A stretch of DNA of 40,282 nt, taken from sequence record MT465573. One strand, 5' to 3'. The notes below the pieces were generated by a model, which worked only from the letters and a program-made list of their open reading frames with translations, did not search any database and was not told where the DNA came from. Made by a program: the position numbers and the translations under genes. Positions 8,337 to 18,060 of the stretch are shown here, piece after piece. Within the stretch, counting starts at the first letter, position 1. Each line of letters begins with the position of its first letter. The stretch comes from Escherichia phage P1723.

Positions 8337-8380
8337 CTAAAAGGTCTACCTTAACGGGTGGGCCTTTTGTCGTTTCTACA
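8337..8380 (+). terminator. Putative intrinsic terminator after ligase (TE-like)
   Basis: Imperfect GC-rich hairpin AAAAGGTCTACC..GGGTGGGCCTTTT followed by TTTTGTCGTTTCT; position matches T7 early terminator TE. Confidence 0.4.
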
Positions 8381-8397
8381 ACTTAAGGATTTACATT

Positions 8398-8583
8398 ATG
8401 AAAGTATTACTGTTCATCTTCATGGCCTCTATAGGTCCCGGTAGTTCAAGCCCATCCGTGGAGGCTATCGCTATGCCAAGCATTCAGGCATGTAACTCGG
8501 CAGTGTCACAGCTCAAAGACGCCAAGAAGCCGGGTCGTGGTTATACCGACTACGAGTACGTCTGCGTCGAGACTTCTTATTAA
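8398..8583 (+). CDS. Hypothetical small protein, possible signal peptide (61 aa; 1.4 position)
   Basis: ATG ORF; N-terminus MKVLLFIFMASIGPGSSSP is signal-like; stop overlaps the next phage promoter. Confidence 0.45.
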   Translation: MKVLLFIFMASIGPGSSSPSVEAIAMPSIQACNSAVSQLKDAKKPGRGYTDYEYVCVETSY

Positions 8584-8600
8584 CCCACACTATAGGGAGA
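8578..8600 (+). promoter_or_regulatory. Phage RNAP promoter (phi1.5-like)
   Basis: TTATTAACCCACACTATAGGGAGACC, +1 G at 8595. Confidence 0.75.
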
Positions 8601-8607
8601 CCACGTT

Positions 8608-8694
8608 ATGATAAATTTCGTGTTATCTATTGCATTCTTAATGTTGTTCATTCTGTCACTTACTGACAATGACGATGACTTAACACCACCATAA
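8608..8694 (+). CDS. Tiny hydrophobic peptide ORF (28 aa)
   Basis: ATG 13 nt after promoter +1; MINFVLSIAFLMLFILSLTDNDDDLTPP has one TM-like helix; same size class as T7 gp1.5. Confidence 0.3.
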   Translation: MINFVLSIAFLMLFILSLTDNDDDLTPP

Positions 8695-8704
8695 GGAGAA
8701 CATC

Positions 8705-8971
8705 ATGATTCGTTTACACTTCAATAAGTCCAACGGCATCTTCAGCGCTCGCCGTGTTGACCGCTCAACTGCGTTCGCCTCCGAGAAACACGCTAAGATT
8801 CCTCGCTTCGGTACGTTCCATTCGTTCGCTCCTAGCGTCCACGCAATTATGACCAATGGTCTTCTGGTTAGTGCCTCCAAAGGTGAGCGCCCGGAAGTAC
8901 CAGTTGTTGTCACTAAGTGGCCTCGCGTTCGTCTGTTCATTGCAACCGTAAAGGAGATTATCAATGACTAA
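8705..8971 (+). CDS. Hypothetical protein (88 aa; gene 1.6 position)
   Basis: ATG ORF with AAGGAGAA RBS; same length and position as T7 gp1.6. Confidence 0.55.
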   Translation: MIRLHFNKSNGIFSARRVDRSTAFASEKHAKIPRFGTFHSFAPSVHAIMTNGLLVSASKGERPEVPVVVTKWPRVRLFIATVKEIIND

Positions 8972-9458
8972 GCCGTACACTATCGAGACCCTGCGCAATA
9001 TCGTTTCGCAGAACCAACTGAAAGCTGGTACGACAACCTGTAGCGGAATGTCGTGTCGTGGTGTCGGCTGCTCAACGTGCCCTATGGTCGGAGCTGCTAC
9101 CGGGAACGGTACGTTCAAGACATTGAGTGAGGCTCGCAGAAGTCTTGCCGGGCAAGAGGCAATCCTAAAGGGAAGCATCCCTGTTAAACAGGCTGATGGC
9201 GCGTCACCGGGTGAAGACCCAGCAGTTAAACAGCCAAGTCACTACCAAGTGTTCGACGGTCTGGAGTCCATTGAGGTGATTGCCCGGTCGATGACCGTTG
9301 AGCAGTTCCGTGGGTTCTGTATGGGCAATACCCTTAAGTACCGCCTACGCGCTGGTAAGAAGTCCGACCAAGCTAACATCCATAAAGACCTCGCGAAAGC
9401 TGAGTTCTATAAGGAACTGTTTGAGAAGCACAAGGCAGAGTGTCATGAAGCCAAGTGA
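8964..9458 (+). CDS. 1.7: Nucleotide kinase, gene 1.7
   Basis: C-terminal PSHYQVFDGLESIEVIARSMTVEQFRGFCMGNTLKYRLRAGKKS...KDLAKAEFYKELFEKHK closely matches T7 gp1.7; Cys-rich N-terminal segment. Confidence 0.8.
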   Translation: MTKPYTIETLRNIVSQNQLKAGTTTCSGMSCRGVGCSTCPMVGAATGNGTFKTLSEARRSLAGQEAILKGSIPVKQADGASPGEDPAVKQPSHYQVFDGLESIEVIARSMTVEQFRGFCMGNTLKYRLRAGKKSDQANIHKDLAKAEFYKELFEKHKAECHEAK

Positions 9459-9540
9459 GTGGTGCGAGATGATGTTTGAACGCACTGGTGACGTGAACTA
9501 CCTCGCTATGTACAACCATTGGAAGGAGAAAGGCCAATGA
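9445..9540 (+). CDS. Small ORF in gene 1.8 position (31 aa)
   Basis: ATG inside the 1.7 stop region; stop overlaps gene 2 start (ATGA); below the tool length cutoff. Confidence 0.35.
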   Translation: MKPSEWCEMMFERTGDVNYLAMYNHWKEKGQ

Positions 9541-9719
9541 CCATTGAAAAGGGACGCCTCGTCCCAACCGATAAGAAGTACTTCGTGACGCTAAGTTACG
9601 TTGATGGTGAGCTGGAGGTTCCAGTGTTCGCTGGGTCTCTCGAAGAGGCACACGATTTGGCAACCTTTAAGTATACTCCGGTAGGCTTTGAGGTGCTCCG
9701 AGTTCGTCCAGCAGTCTAA
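9537..9719 (+). CDS. 2: Host RNA polymerase inhibitor, gene 2
   Basis: MTIEKG...YFVTLSYVDGELEVPVFAGSLEEAHDLATFKYTPVGFEVLRVRP matches T7 Gp2; ATG at 9537 with GGAAGGAGAAAGG RBS (tool ORF starts at a TTG at 9519). Confidence 0.85.
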   Translation: MTIEKGRLVPTDKKYFVTLSYVDGELEVPVFAGSLEEAHDLATFKYTPVGFEVLRVRPAV

Positions 9720-9739
9720 TAACCCACACTATAGGGAAC
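9717..9739 (+). promoter_or_regulatory. Phage RNAP promoter (phi2.5-like), variant AATAACCCACACTATAGGGAAC
   Basis: Core CCCACACTATAGGGA conserved; A instead of T at -15; +1 at 9734. Confidence 0.7.
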
Positions 9740-9769
9740 ACTCCCACAACAAACTTAAGGAGATTCATT

Positions 9770-10474
9770 ATGTCATTCAATCGTAAAGCAATCCTGACTA
9801 CCGCTCTGGGTATTTGTGAACCGTATGCGTACCTGACCAAGCCTGACTATGGCAACGAAGAGCGTGGCTTCGGTAACCCTCGTGGTGTCTATAAGGTCAA
9901 CCTGACCATCGACAACAAGAACCCGCGCTGTCAGTCCATGATTGACGAAATCGTTAAGGCGCACGAAGAGCACTTCGCTCAGCGCAAGGCAGAGTACGAA
10001 GAGAACCCACCTCAGGTACAGCGCGGTAAGAAACCACTGCTGCCGTATGAGGGTGACCTACCGTTCATCGACAACGGTGACGGTACGACTACCTTTAAGT
10101 TCTCCTGCTATGCGTCCTATCAAGACAAGAAGACAAAAGAGACCAAGGCCATTAACGTGACCATCGTGGACTCAAAAGGTAAACGCATCGAAGACCTGCC
10201 AGCTTTCATTGGCGGTGGCTCTAAGCTGAAGCTGAAGTACAGCCTGATGCCTTACACTTGGAACCCTACCGTAGGTGCTTCCGTTAAGCTGCAACTGTCT
10301 AGCGTAATGCTGGTCGAGCTGGCTGCTGGTGGCGCTGGTGGTGGTGATGATTGGGGCGACGACACCGAGGAAGGTGGCTACGAAGCTCAGCAGTCGCAGG
10401 GTCAACGTGATGAGCAGTCTTGGCAGCAGGGCGATGAGTCCGATGGCGAAGCTGATTCTGACGACGACTTCTAA
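9770..10474 (+). CDS. 2.5: Single-stranded DNA-binding protein, gene 2.5
   Basis: 234 aa; EPYAY..KPDYGNEERGFGNPRGVYKV...DGTTTFKF..YASYQDKKTKETK...acidic C-terminus ending DDDF, as T7 gp2.5. Confidence 0.95.
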   Translation: MSFNRKAILTTALGICEPYAYLTKPDYGNEERGFGNPRGVYKVNLTIDNKNPRCQSMIDEIVKAHEEHFAQRKAEYEENPPQVQRGKKPLLPYEGDLPFIDNGDGTTTFKFSCYASYQDKKTKETKAINVTIVDSKGKRIEDLPAFIGGGSKLKLKYSLMPYTWNPTVGASVKLQLSSVMLVELAAGGAGGGDDWGDDTEEGGYEAQQSQGQRDEQSWQQGDESDGEADSDDDF

Positions 10475-10948
10475 ATGACACTCAAGGAGAAACTGGAGGC
10501 TTACTCTAAGGTTTCTCCGTCTGGATGCTGGGAGTGGCAACGCGGAAAGGCTGGTAACGGGTATGGGTCAATCTCTATCGGAAACCAAAAGTCTGCGTAT
10601 GCCCACCGAGTGGCGTACCAAGAGTTTATCGGACAGATACCCGATGGCTACGTGGTACGCCACAAATGTGATAATCCTAGCTGCTGCAACCCAGAGCACC
10701 TCGAAGTGGGGACTCAGGTTGATAACATGCAGGATTGTAAAAGGCGGGGCCGATTGGTTCCACCTCCAGTTCAACGCGGAGAAGCCAACAACAAGACTAA
10801 GCTGACCGGAGACCAAGTGTCTTACGTGTTGTCATCAACCAAGTCCAACCGAGAGTTAGCTCAAGAACTGGGCGTTACGCCACAAGCTATAGGCTGGAGG
10901 AGGAAACATGGCAAACCCATATGCAGGGAGTTACATAACGAAGCCTAA
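10475..10948 (+). CDS. HNH-family endonuclease (gene 2.8 position)
   Basis: 157 aa; AHRVAYQEF...GYVVRHKCDNPSCCNPEHLEVGTQVDN carries the His/Asn/His and Cys ligand pattern of HNH nucleases; overlaps gene 3 by 41 nt. Confidence 0.8.
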   Translation: MTLKEKLEAYSKVSPSGCWEWQRGKAGNGYGSISIGNQKSAYAHRVAYQEFIGQIPDGYVVRHKCDNPSCCNPEHLEVGTQVDNMQDCKRRGRLVPPPVQRGEANNKTKLTGDQVSYVLSSTKSNRELAQELGVTPQAIGWRRKHGKPICRELHNEA

Positions 10949-11357
10949 CGGGTTCCGTTCAGGTCTGGAAGATAAGGTGTCCAAGCAACTCGAATCTAAG
11001 AACGTTAAGTTCGAGTACGAGATGTGGAAGATACCTTATGTAATCCCGGCAAGTAATCATTTATACTGCCCCGACTTTTTGTTACCCAATGGTATCTTTG
11101 TTGAGACCAAGGGTTTATGGGAAGCGGCAGATCGTAAGAAACATCTATTGATTCGCGAGCAATACCCTGAACTGGATATTCGCCTCGTGTTCTCAAGTTC
11201 ACGCACCAAGATTTACAAAGGGTCACCGACCAGTTACGCGGAATTTTGCGAGAAGCACAACATTCAGTTCGCTGACAAGTTGATTCCTGTAAGTTGGCTC
11301 AAGGAGCCTAAGCGTGAAGTACCATTCGACAAGCTCAAGGAGGGCAAAAAGAAATGA
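10908..11357 (+). CDS. 3: Endonuclease I (Holliday junction resolvase), gene 3
   Basis: 149 aa, nearly identical blocks to T7 gp3: FRSGLEDKVSKQLESK, PDFLLPNGIFVETKGLWE, HLLIREQ; GGAGG RBS. Confidence 0.95.
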   Translation: MANPYAGSYITKPNGFRSGLEDKVSKQLESKNVKFEYEMWKIPYVIPASNHLYCPDFLLPNGIFVETKGLWEAADRKKHLLIREQYPELDIRLVFSSSRTKIYKGSPTSYAEFCEKHNIQFADKLIPVSWLKEPKREVPFDKLKEGKKK

Positions 11358-11800
11358 GTGTTCAGTTTAAAACCCGTAGTTCCACGAAGACCCTTATTGT
11401 CCACTGTGCGGCAACTAAGCCAACCATGAATATTGGTCTGCGTGAAATCCGTCAGTGGCATAAAGAGCGTGGCTTTCTGGATGTTGGTTATCACTTCATC
11501 ATTCGACGCGATGGTACTATCGAGACTGGTCGTGACGTTAATCAGGTTGGTGCACATACGGTAGGTCAGAACGACTCATCCGTAGGTATCTGCTTGGTTG
11601 GTGGTGTGGATGATAAGATGCAGCCACAGGCAAACTTTACGCCTCAGCAGATGGCTACCCTGCGTAAACTTCTGGACGAACTGAAAGTTAAGTTCCCCGG
11701 TGTAGCCGTTAAGGGCCACCGTGACTTTGCTGCTAAGGCTTGTCCGAGTTTTGACGTGAAGCGTTGGCTTGACACAAACGAGCTGGTGACGGCTAAGTAA
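11354..11800 (+). CDS. 3.5: Lysozyme / N-acetylmuramoyl-L-alanine amidase (RNAP inhibitor), gene 3.5
   Basis: 148 aa; VHCAATKP..REIRQWHKE.G.LDVGYHFII.RDGT..GRD...GAH...N..S.GICLVGG, KACPSFD matches T7 lysozyme. Confidence 0.95.
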   Translation: MSVQFKTRSSTKTLIVHCAATKPTMNIGLREIRQWHKERGFLDVGYHFIIRRDGTIETGRDVNQVGAHTVGQNDSSVGICLVGGVDDKMQPQANFTPQQMATLRKLLDELKVKFPGVAVKGHRDFAAKACPSFDVKRWLDTNELVTAK

Positions 11801-11817
11801 TTCTATAGGAGGACTCT

Positions 11818-13646
<1,829 letters not shown>

Positions 13647-13722
13647 TCAACTAGAACCTGACTGGAAGCTGACCACACAATGCAACTGCCCTTGGGATAG
13701 ACCTTGTGTCTGTCCTTCACGA

Positions 13723-13745
13723 CATTAACCCACACCATAGGGAAC
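13723..13745 (+). promoter_or_regulatory. Phage RNAP promoter (phi4.3-like), variant ATTAACCCACACCATAGGGAAC
   Basis: C instead of T at -4; otherwise consensus; +1 at 13740. Confidence 0.6.
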
Positions 13746-13776
13746 ACTTCCCGTCAACTACTTTAAGGAGTCCATT

Positions 13777-13986
13777 ATGTTTAAATTCATTAAGTCCCTC
13801 GGTAAGTTCGTCATTAAGATGTACAACGTTGAAGCCAAGCGTCTGAACGCAAAGGCGCGTACTGAAGCAGCTCTGGCTCAGAAGCTGGCTCGTCGTGTCC
13901 AAGAGTTAACTCAAGGCTCAATGGACAATACCGCAGAGGCCGCTAAGGTTGCTGCACAAGCTCAGAAACTGAAGGAGTTCTTCTAA
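13777..13986 (+). CDS. 4.3: Gene 4.3-like protein (69 aa)
   Basis: MFKFIKSLGKFVIKMYNVEAKRLN...AAKVAAQAQKLKEFF resembles T7 gp4.3; AAGGAG RBS. Confidence 0.7.
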   Translation: MFKFIKSLGKFVIKMYNVEAKRLNAKARTEAALAQKLARRVQELTQGSMDNTAEAAKVAAQAQKLKEFF

Positions 13987-14064
13987 GATGGACGGTTACT
14001 TTCTGCTGGGCGTAGCTCTCGGTCTCGTATTTATCCTCATCGCAAACTCGTAAGGAGACACATA

Positions 14065-14343
14065 ATGTCTAAATCATCCCAGACCCTGCACCTGTCCGAT
14101 ACGGTTGACCACTTCAATCGTCGCATCCACGTTAACGTCCGTAATGGTAAGGTCACTATGGTCTACCGCTGGAAGGACCGTACGTCACCGAAAATGCACA
14201 CTCAACGTACCACGTTGGATGACACTCAGGCGGCCCGTCTGTTAGGTCTCCTGACCAAGCAGGTACAGAAAGCAATCCCAGAACGTGATGAAGCGCGTAC
14301 CAAAGCGTTTACCGCTGCGTATCTGGACGAGCTGAGAAGCTGA
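14065..14343 (+). CDS. Hypothetical protein (gene 4.5 position, 92 aa)
   Basis: ATG with TAAGGAGA RBS; assignment by position only. Confidence 0.6.
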   Translation: MSKSSQTLHLSDTVDHFNRRIHVNVRNGKVTMVYRWKDRTSPKMHTQRTTLDDTQAARLLGLLTKQVQKAIPERDEARTKAFTAAYLDELRS

Positions 14344-14350
14344 TAGGTAA

Positions 14351-14386
14351 ACTCAAGGTCATCGAAAGGTGGCCTTTATGATTATC
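14351..14386 (+). promoter_or_regulatory. RNase III site R4.7-like hairpin
   Basis: TGATAGGTAAACTCAAGGTCATCGAAAGGTGGCCTTTATGATTATC; near-identical motif recurs at 37283. Confidence 0.5.
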
Positions 14387-14411
14387 TATTAATTACAAAG
14401 GAGTACAAATT

Positions 14412-14789
14412 ATGCGTAACATTCATACTATCCGTGAAGAAATCGTTAAGCTGCAATCCGAACTGAAAGCGGCTGAGGCCGTGGAGTCACGTAAGAATGG
14501 TGCGGTTGCCGTTCTGCACAACCTTGGGTGGTCTTGGGATGGTAAGTCTTGGGTGAAACCTAAGTTCATCGCAGAAGCGTTTGACGCTAAGGTACACAAC
14601 CCGTTCCGTCCGGGTGATTGGGTAGAGGGCCGCACGTCTAAGGTTGCCTATCGTGTGTCTGAAGTTAAAGATGGTCGCATTCTGGTTCAACAGTTTGCCA
14701 TGCGCGTAGGTGCTCGACTGTTAACCCATAAGGCCATGACGTGGGTCAGTGCGGATAACTATCGCTCCATCCCATCGTCCTCACTGTAA
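14412..14789 (+). CDS. Hypothetical protein (gene 4.7 position, 125 aa)
   Basis: ATG with AAAGGAG RBS, immediately upstream of DNA polymerase as in T7. Confidence 0.65.
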   Translation: MRNIHTIREEIVKLQSELKAAEAVESRKNGAVAVLHNLGWSWDGKSWVKPKFIAEAFDAKVHNPFRPGDWVEGRTSKVAYRVSEVKDGRILVQQFAMRVGARLLTHKAMTWVSADNYRSIPSSSL

Positions 14790-14799
14790 GGAGAACACT

Positions 14800-16992
14800 A
14801 TGTTAGTAATGGATATCGAAGCAGACAATCTCCTTGAGAAAGTCTCTAAGTTCCATTGCGGTGTTATCTACGATTACCACACAGACCAGTACGTCCGGTA
14901 TCGTCCGGGCGACTTCTCTGCTTTCCTTGACGCTCTCGAAGCTGAGGTCAATCGTGGTGGTTGCATCGTAATGCACAACGGGACGAAGTACGACATCCCG
15001 GCCCTTGAGAAGCTCGCTAAGTTAATCCTTGACCGCGACTTCCACATTCCGAAAGAAGCCAACATCGACACCTTAGTCATCGGGCGTTTACTTCACGCGA
15101 ACCTGAAGGACACCGATATGGGTCTGCTGCGTTCCGGTAAGTTGCCCGGTAAGCGCTACGGGAGCCAAGCTCTGGAGGCGTGGGGCTATCGTCTGGGTGA
15201 GATGAAGGGTGAGTACAAGGACGACTTCAAGGCTCGTCTGGAGGCTGAGGGTGAAGCCTACGAGCCGGGTATGGAATGGTTGTACTTCAACGAAGACATG
15301 ATGGAGTATAACGTTCAGGACGTTGTGGTCACCAAGAAACTCTTTGAGTACTTCTTGCAGGACAAACACTACTTCCCGACAGCGAGTATCTTTGACATCG
15401 TTCAGTTCTCCAGTGAGGAGTTTTGGAATAAGTCTGGTTGGTCAATCTCTATCGAGCACGATGCAGCGTGGCTGTTAGCGAAGCAGGAGCGTAATGGCTT
15501 CCCGTTTGACGCTAAGTCCATCGAAGAGTGCTACGTTGAGTGGTCAGCCGAACGTGCTCAGCTACGTCAGAAACTCATAGATACCTTTGGTGTCTGGTGG
15601 GAGCCTAAGGGCGGGACTGAACCGTTCAGACATCCGGTCTCCGGTAAGCCTCTACTTGAGTGGCGCAATGGTCCGTGTCAAGGTCAGCCCATCCCTCGCG
15701 TTAAGTATCCGAAAGCTGGTGGTATCTTCAAGAAACCGAAGAACAAAGCTCAACGTGAAGGTCGAGAACCTTGTGAGCTGGACACCCGCGATTACGTTGA
15801 GGGTGCTCCGTATACTCCTGTAGTGTACGTTGAGTTCACCCCAACATCCCGAGACCACATAGCCAAGAAACTTCAGGAAGCTGGATGGGTTCCGACTGAG
15901 TTCACCGAAAAGGGTGCACCAATTGTGGACGATGAGCAGCTCATGAAGGTTCATGTGGATGACCCTGAGAAGCAGAAGGCTATTGAACTTATCCGAGATT
16001 ACTTGACCATTCAGAAACGGATCGGACAGGCAGCGGAAGGCGACAAGGCTTGGCTTCGTTACGTTGCAGAGGACGGTAAAATTCATGGTAGCGTTAACCC
16101 TAATGGTGCTGTTACTGGTCGTGCTACTCACGCTTTTCCTAATCTGGCTCAGGTCCCTTCCGGGCGAGCACCTTACGGTAAGCCTTGTCGTGCAGCCTTT
16201 GGTGCTGAGCATCATCTTGACGGTATCACTGGTTTACCTTGGGTCCAAGCTGGTATTGATGCTAGTGGTCTGGAGCTTCGTTGCCTTGCTCACTTCATGG
16301 CTCCATTTGATGGTGGAGCTTATGGTGACATTATCCTCAATGGTGACATTCATTGGGTAAACGCAGTGGCTGCTGATTTAGCACCTAACGTTGAACGTGA
16401 TAAGCACAATGAGTACCACGAGATGTGCCGTGACAACGCCAAGACGTTCATCTATGGGTTCCTTTACGGAGCTGGTGATGAGAAGACCGGGCAGATTGTA
16501 GGCGGTGATAAGGCCGAAGGTAAGCGCCTTAAGACCAAGTTCCTTGAGAACACTCCAGCAATCGCAGCGCTCCGTGAGTCAATCCAACAGACCCTCGTTG
16601 AGTCGTCTAAGTGGGTCGGCGGTGAGCAACAGGTCAAGTGGAAACGTCGCTGGATTAAGGGCCTTGATGGTCGTAAGGTGCACGTTCGTTATCCACACGC
16701 AGCGTTGAACACACTACTGCAATCCGCAGGTGCGCTTATTTGTAAGCTCTGGATTATCGAGACCGAGCGTCTGATGGTTGAGGCTGGCTATAAGCATGGT
16801 TGGGATGGTGACTTTGCGTACATGGCGTGGGTGCACGATGAGGTGCAGATTGCTTGCCGTACATATGAGATTGCCGAAGATGCGGTGAGAATCGCGCAGA
16901 AAGCAATGCGTATCGTTGGTGAAGCCTTTAAGTTCCGCTGCTTGCTGGACACTGAAGGTAACATCGGTAAAAACTGGCTTGAATGCCACTAA
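14800..16992 (+). CDS. 5: DNA polymerase, gene 5
   Basis: MLVMDIEADNLLEKVSKFHCGVIYDY...; exonuclease and polymerase blocks near-identical to T7 gp5 (KTFIYGFLYGAGDEK, AYMAWVHDE); start at 14800 by RBS TAAGGAGAA (tool ORF extended to 14749). Confidence 0.97.
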   Translation: MLVMDIEADNLLEKVSKFHCGVIYDYHTDQYVRYRPGDFSAFLDALEAEVNRGGCIVMHNGTKYDIPALEKLAKLILDRDFHIPKEANIDTLVIGRLLHANLKDTDMGLLRSGKLPGKRYGSQALEAWGYRLGEMKGEYKDDFKARLEAEGEAYEPGMEWLYFNEDMMEYNVQDVVVTKKLFEYFLQDKHYFPTASIFDIVQFSSEEFWNKSGWSISIEHDAAWLLAKQERNGFPFDAKSIEECYVEWSAERAQLRQKLIDTFGVWWEPKGGTEPFRHPVSGKPLLEWRNGPCQGQPIPRVKYPKAGGIFKKPKNKAQREGREPCELDTRDYVEGAPYTPVVYVEFTPTSRDHIAKKLQEAGWVPTEFTEKGAPIVDDEQLMKVHVDDPEKQKAIELIRDYLTIQKRIGQAAEGDKAWLRYVAEDGKIHGSVNPNGAVTGRATHAFPNLAQVPSGRAPYGKPCRAAFGAEHHLDGITGLPWVQAGIDASGLELRCLAHFMAPFDGGAYGDIILNGDIHWVNAVAADLAPNVERDKHNEYHEMCRDNAKTFIYGFLYGAGDEKTGQIVGGDKAEGKRLKTKFLENTPAIAALRESIQQTLVESSKWVGGEQQVKWKRRWIKGLDGRKVHVRYPHAALNTLLQSAGALICKLWIIETERLMVEAGYKHGWDGDFAYMAWVHDEVQIACRTYEIAEDAVRIAQKAMRIVGEAFKFRCLLDTEGNIGKNWLECH

Positions 16993-17002
16993 GGTAGATA
17001 GC

Positions 17003-17179
17003 ATGAAGCAGAACTTTACGAGACAAGAAGTTATAGACCTGATGAAACAATCGTGGTGGGACGGTCATGGGACCAGTAACTATTGTCCGAACTTATCAGG
17101 CTCCTGTGCGAAAGACGTGCGGGAGAACCTTAAATTACATGAAGAACCGACAGAGGAGAAACAACATGGCTATCACTAA
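17003..17179 (+). CDS. Small hypothetical ORF after DNAP (58 aa)
   Basis: ATG 11 nt after the gene 5 stop with AAGG RBS; overlaps gene 5.5 start by 14 nt. Confidence 0.35.
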   Translation: MKQNFTRQEVIDLMKQSWWDGHGTSNYCPNLSGSCAKDVRENLKLHEEPTEEKQHGYH

Positions 17180-17462
17180 GAAATTCAAAGTATCATTCGA
17201 CGTAACCGTTAAGCTGGGTTCAGTTGAAGAGGAACAACTCAAAGAGACCATTCAGCGCATCGCCAAACAGGTAGCGGCACGAGAGGACGTTGACCACACC
17301 AATAAGGAACTTCTGGTTCAGGCGTTAACTGGTGGCCCGGACGGTGCGGTAGCGTTCATTATCCGTAAGTCCATCCGTGAGGGTGTCAAGGAGATGTTCG
17401 AAGAGATTGGCGATAAGCGTCTCTTCAAAGCATCACCAGCAACTGTACGGGTGGTGAAATAA
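17166..17462 (+). CDS. 5.5: Gene 5.5 protein (H-NS binding in T7)
   Basis: MAITKKFKVSFDVT...SPATVRVV matches T7 gp5.5 at both ends; RBS GAGGAGAAA. Confidence 0.8.
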   Translation: MAITKKFKVSFDVTVKLGSVEEEQLKETIQRIAKQVAAREDVDHTNKELLVQALTGGPDGAVAFIIRKSIREGVKEMFEEIGDKRLFKASPATVRVVK

Positions 17463-17671
17463 TGTCTGACTATCTGAAAGTACTGGCTGCAATCAAGCAG
17501 TGCCCTAAGTCCTTTCAGTCAAACTATGTGCGTAACAACATGGCACTGGTAGCGGAGGCGGCCTCTCGGGGCCACCTTTCGTGTTTGACTGCGAGTGGAC
17601 GTAATGGTGGCGCGTGGGAAATCACTGCGTCTGGTGTTAAGTTCCTGAAAGCTAACGGAGGTTGTGTATGA
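17462..17671 (+). CDS. 5.7: Gene 5.7 protein
   Basis: MSDYLKVLAAIKQCPKSFQSNYVRNN.ALVAEAASRGHLSCLTASGRNGGAWEITASG near-identical to T7 gp5.7; TAATG overlap with 5.5. Confidence 0.85.
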   Translation: MSDYLKVLAAIKQCPKSFQSNYVRNNMALVAEAASRGHLSCLTASGRNGGAWEITASGVKFLKANGGCV

Positions 17672-18060
17672 TTCTCACTAAGAAAGACAACTTGTCCCTG
17701 TGGCACTACATCATGGAGTGTGGTGAGTGCGAGGAAGGTGGTCGCCTGAAGCACGATATGGTGGACGCTACGATGTTCCTTGACGTGACCGCTGAGCGAG
17801 CCGAAGATGAGCTGGACGACGACCGCGAGCTGGCTGTGGTTCTGGCGATGTATGTCGGTAAGCGTCTGACCATTGATGGTTATACTACCGCATACGATGG
17901 GTTCGAGACCTACGGTGAAGAGATTAACGTTCTCGAAGAACGCCGTGAGACTCGCGTTGTGACCACTTGGGTTCACGCTGCTGGCCCAACTCTCGACCCT
18001 GAGCGCAAGCTGCTAGATATCGTTCCGGTTGCCATGAGCACCGCTAAGGAGCTTTCATGA
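17668..18060 (+). CDS. Acidic hypothetical protein in gene 5.9 position (130 aa)
   Basis: ATG at 17668 with GGAGG RBS; ATGA overlaps with both neighbours; highly acidic; no clear similarity to the 52-aa T7 gp5.9. Confidence 0.6.
   Translation: MILTKKDNLSLWHYIMECGECEEGGRLKHDMVDATMFLDVTAERAEDELDDDRELAVVLAMYVGKRLTIDGYTTAYDGFETYGEEINVLEERRETRVVTTWVHAAGPTLDPERKLLDIVPVAMSTAKELS

Noticed and set aside
9519-9536. Tool-predicted extended starts at TTG/GTG codons (9519 for gene 2, 17662, 24000, 6960)
   Set aside because: In each case a downstream ATG with a canonical RBS matches the T7 homolog N-terminus; the upstream non-ATG codons fall inside RBS or terminator sequence.
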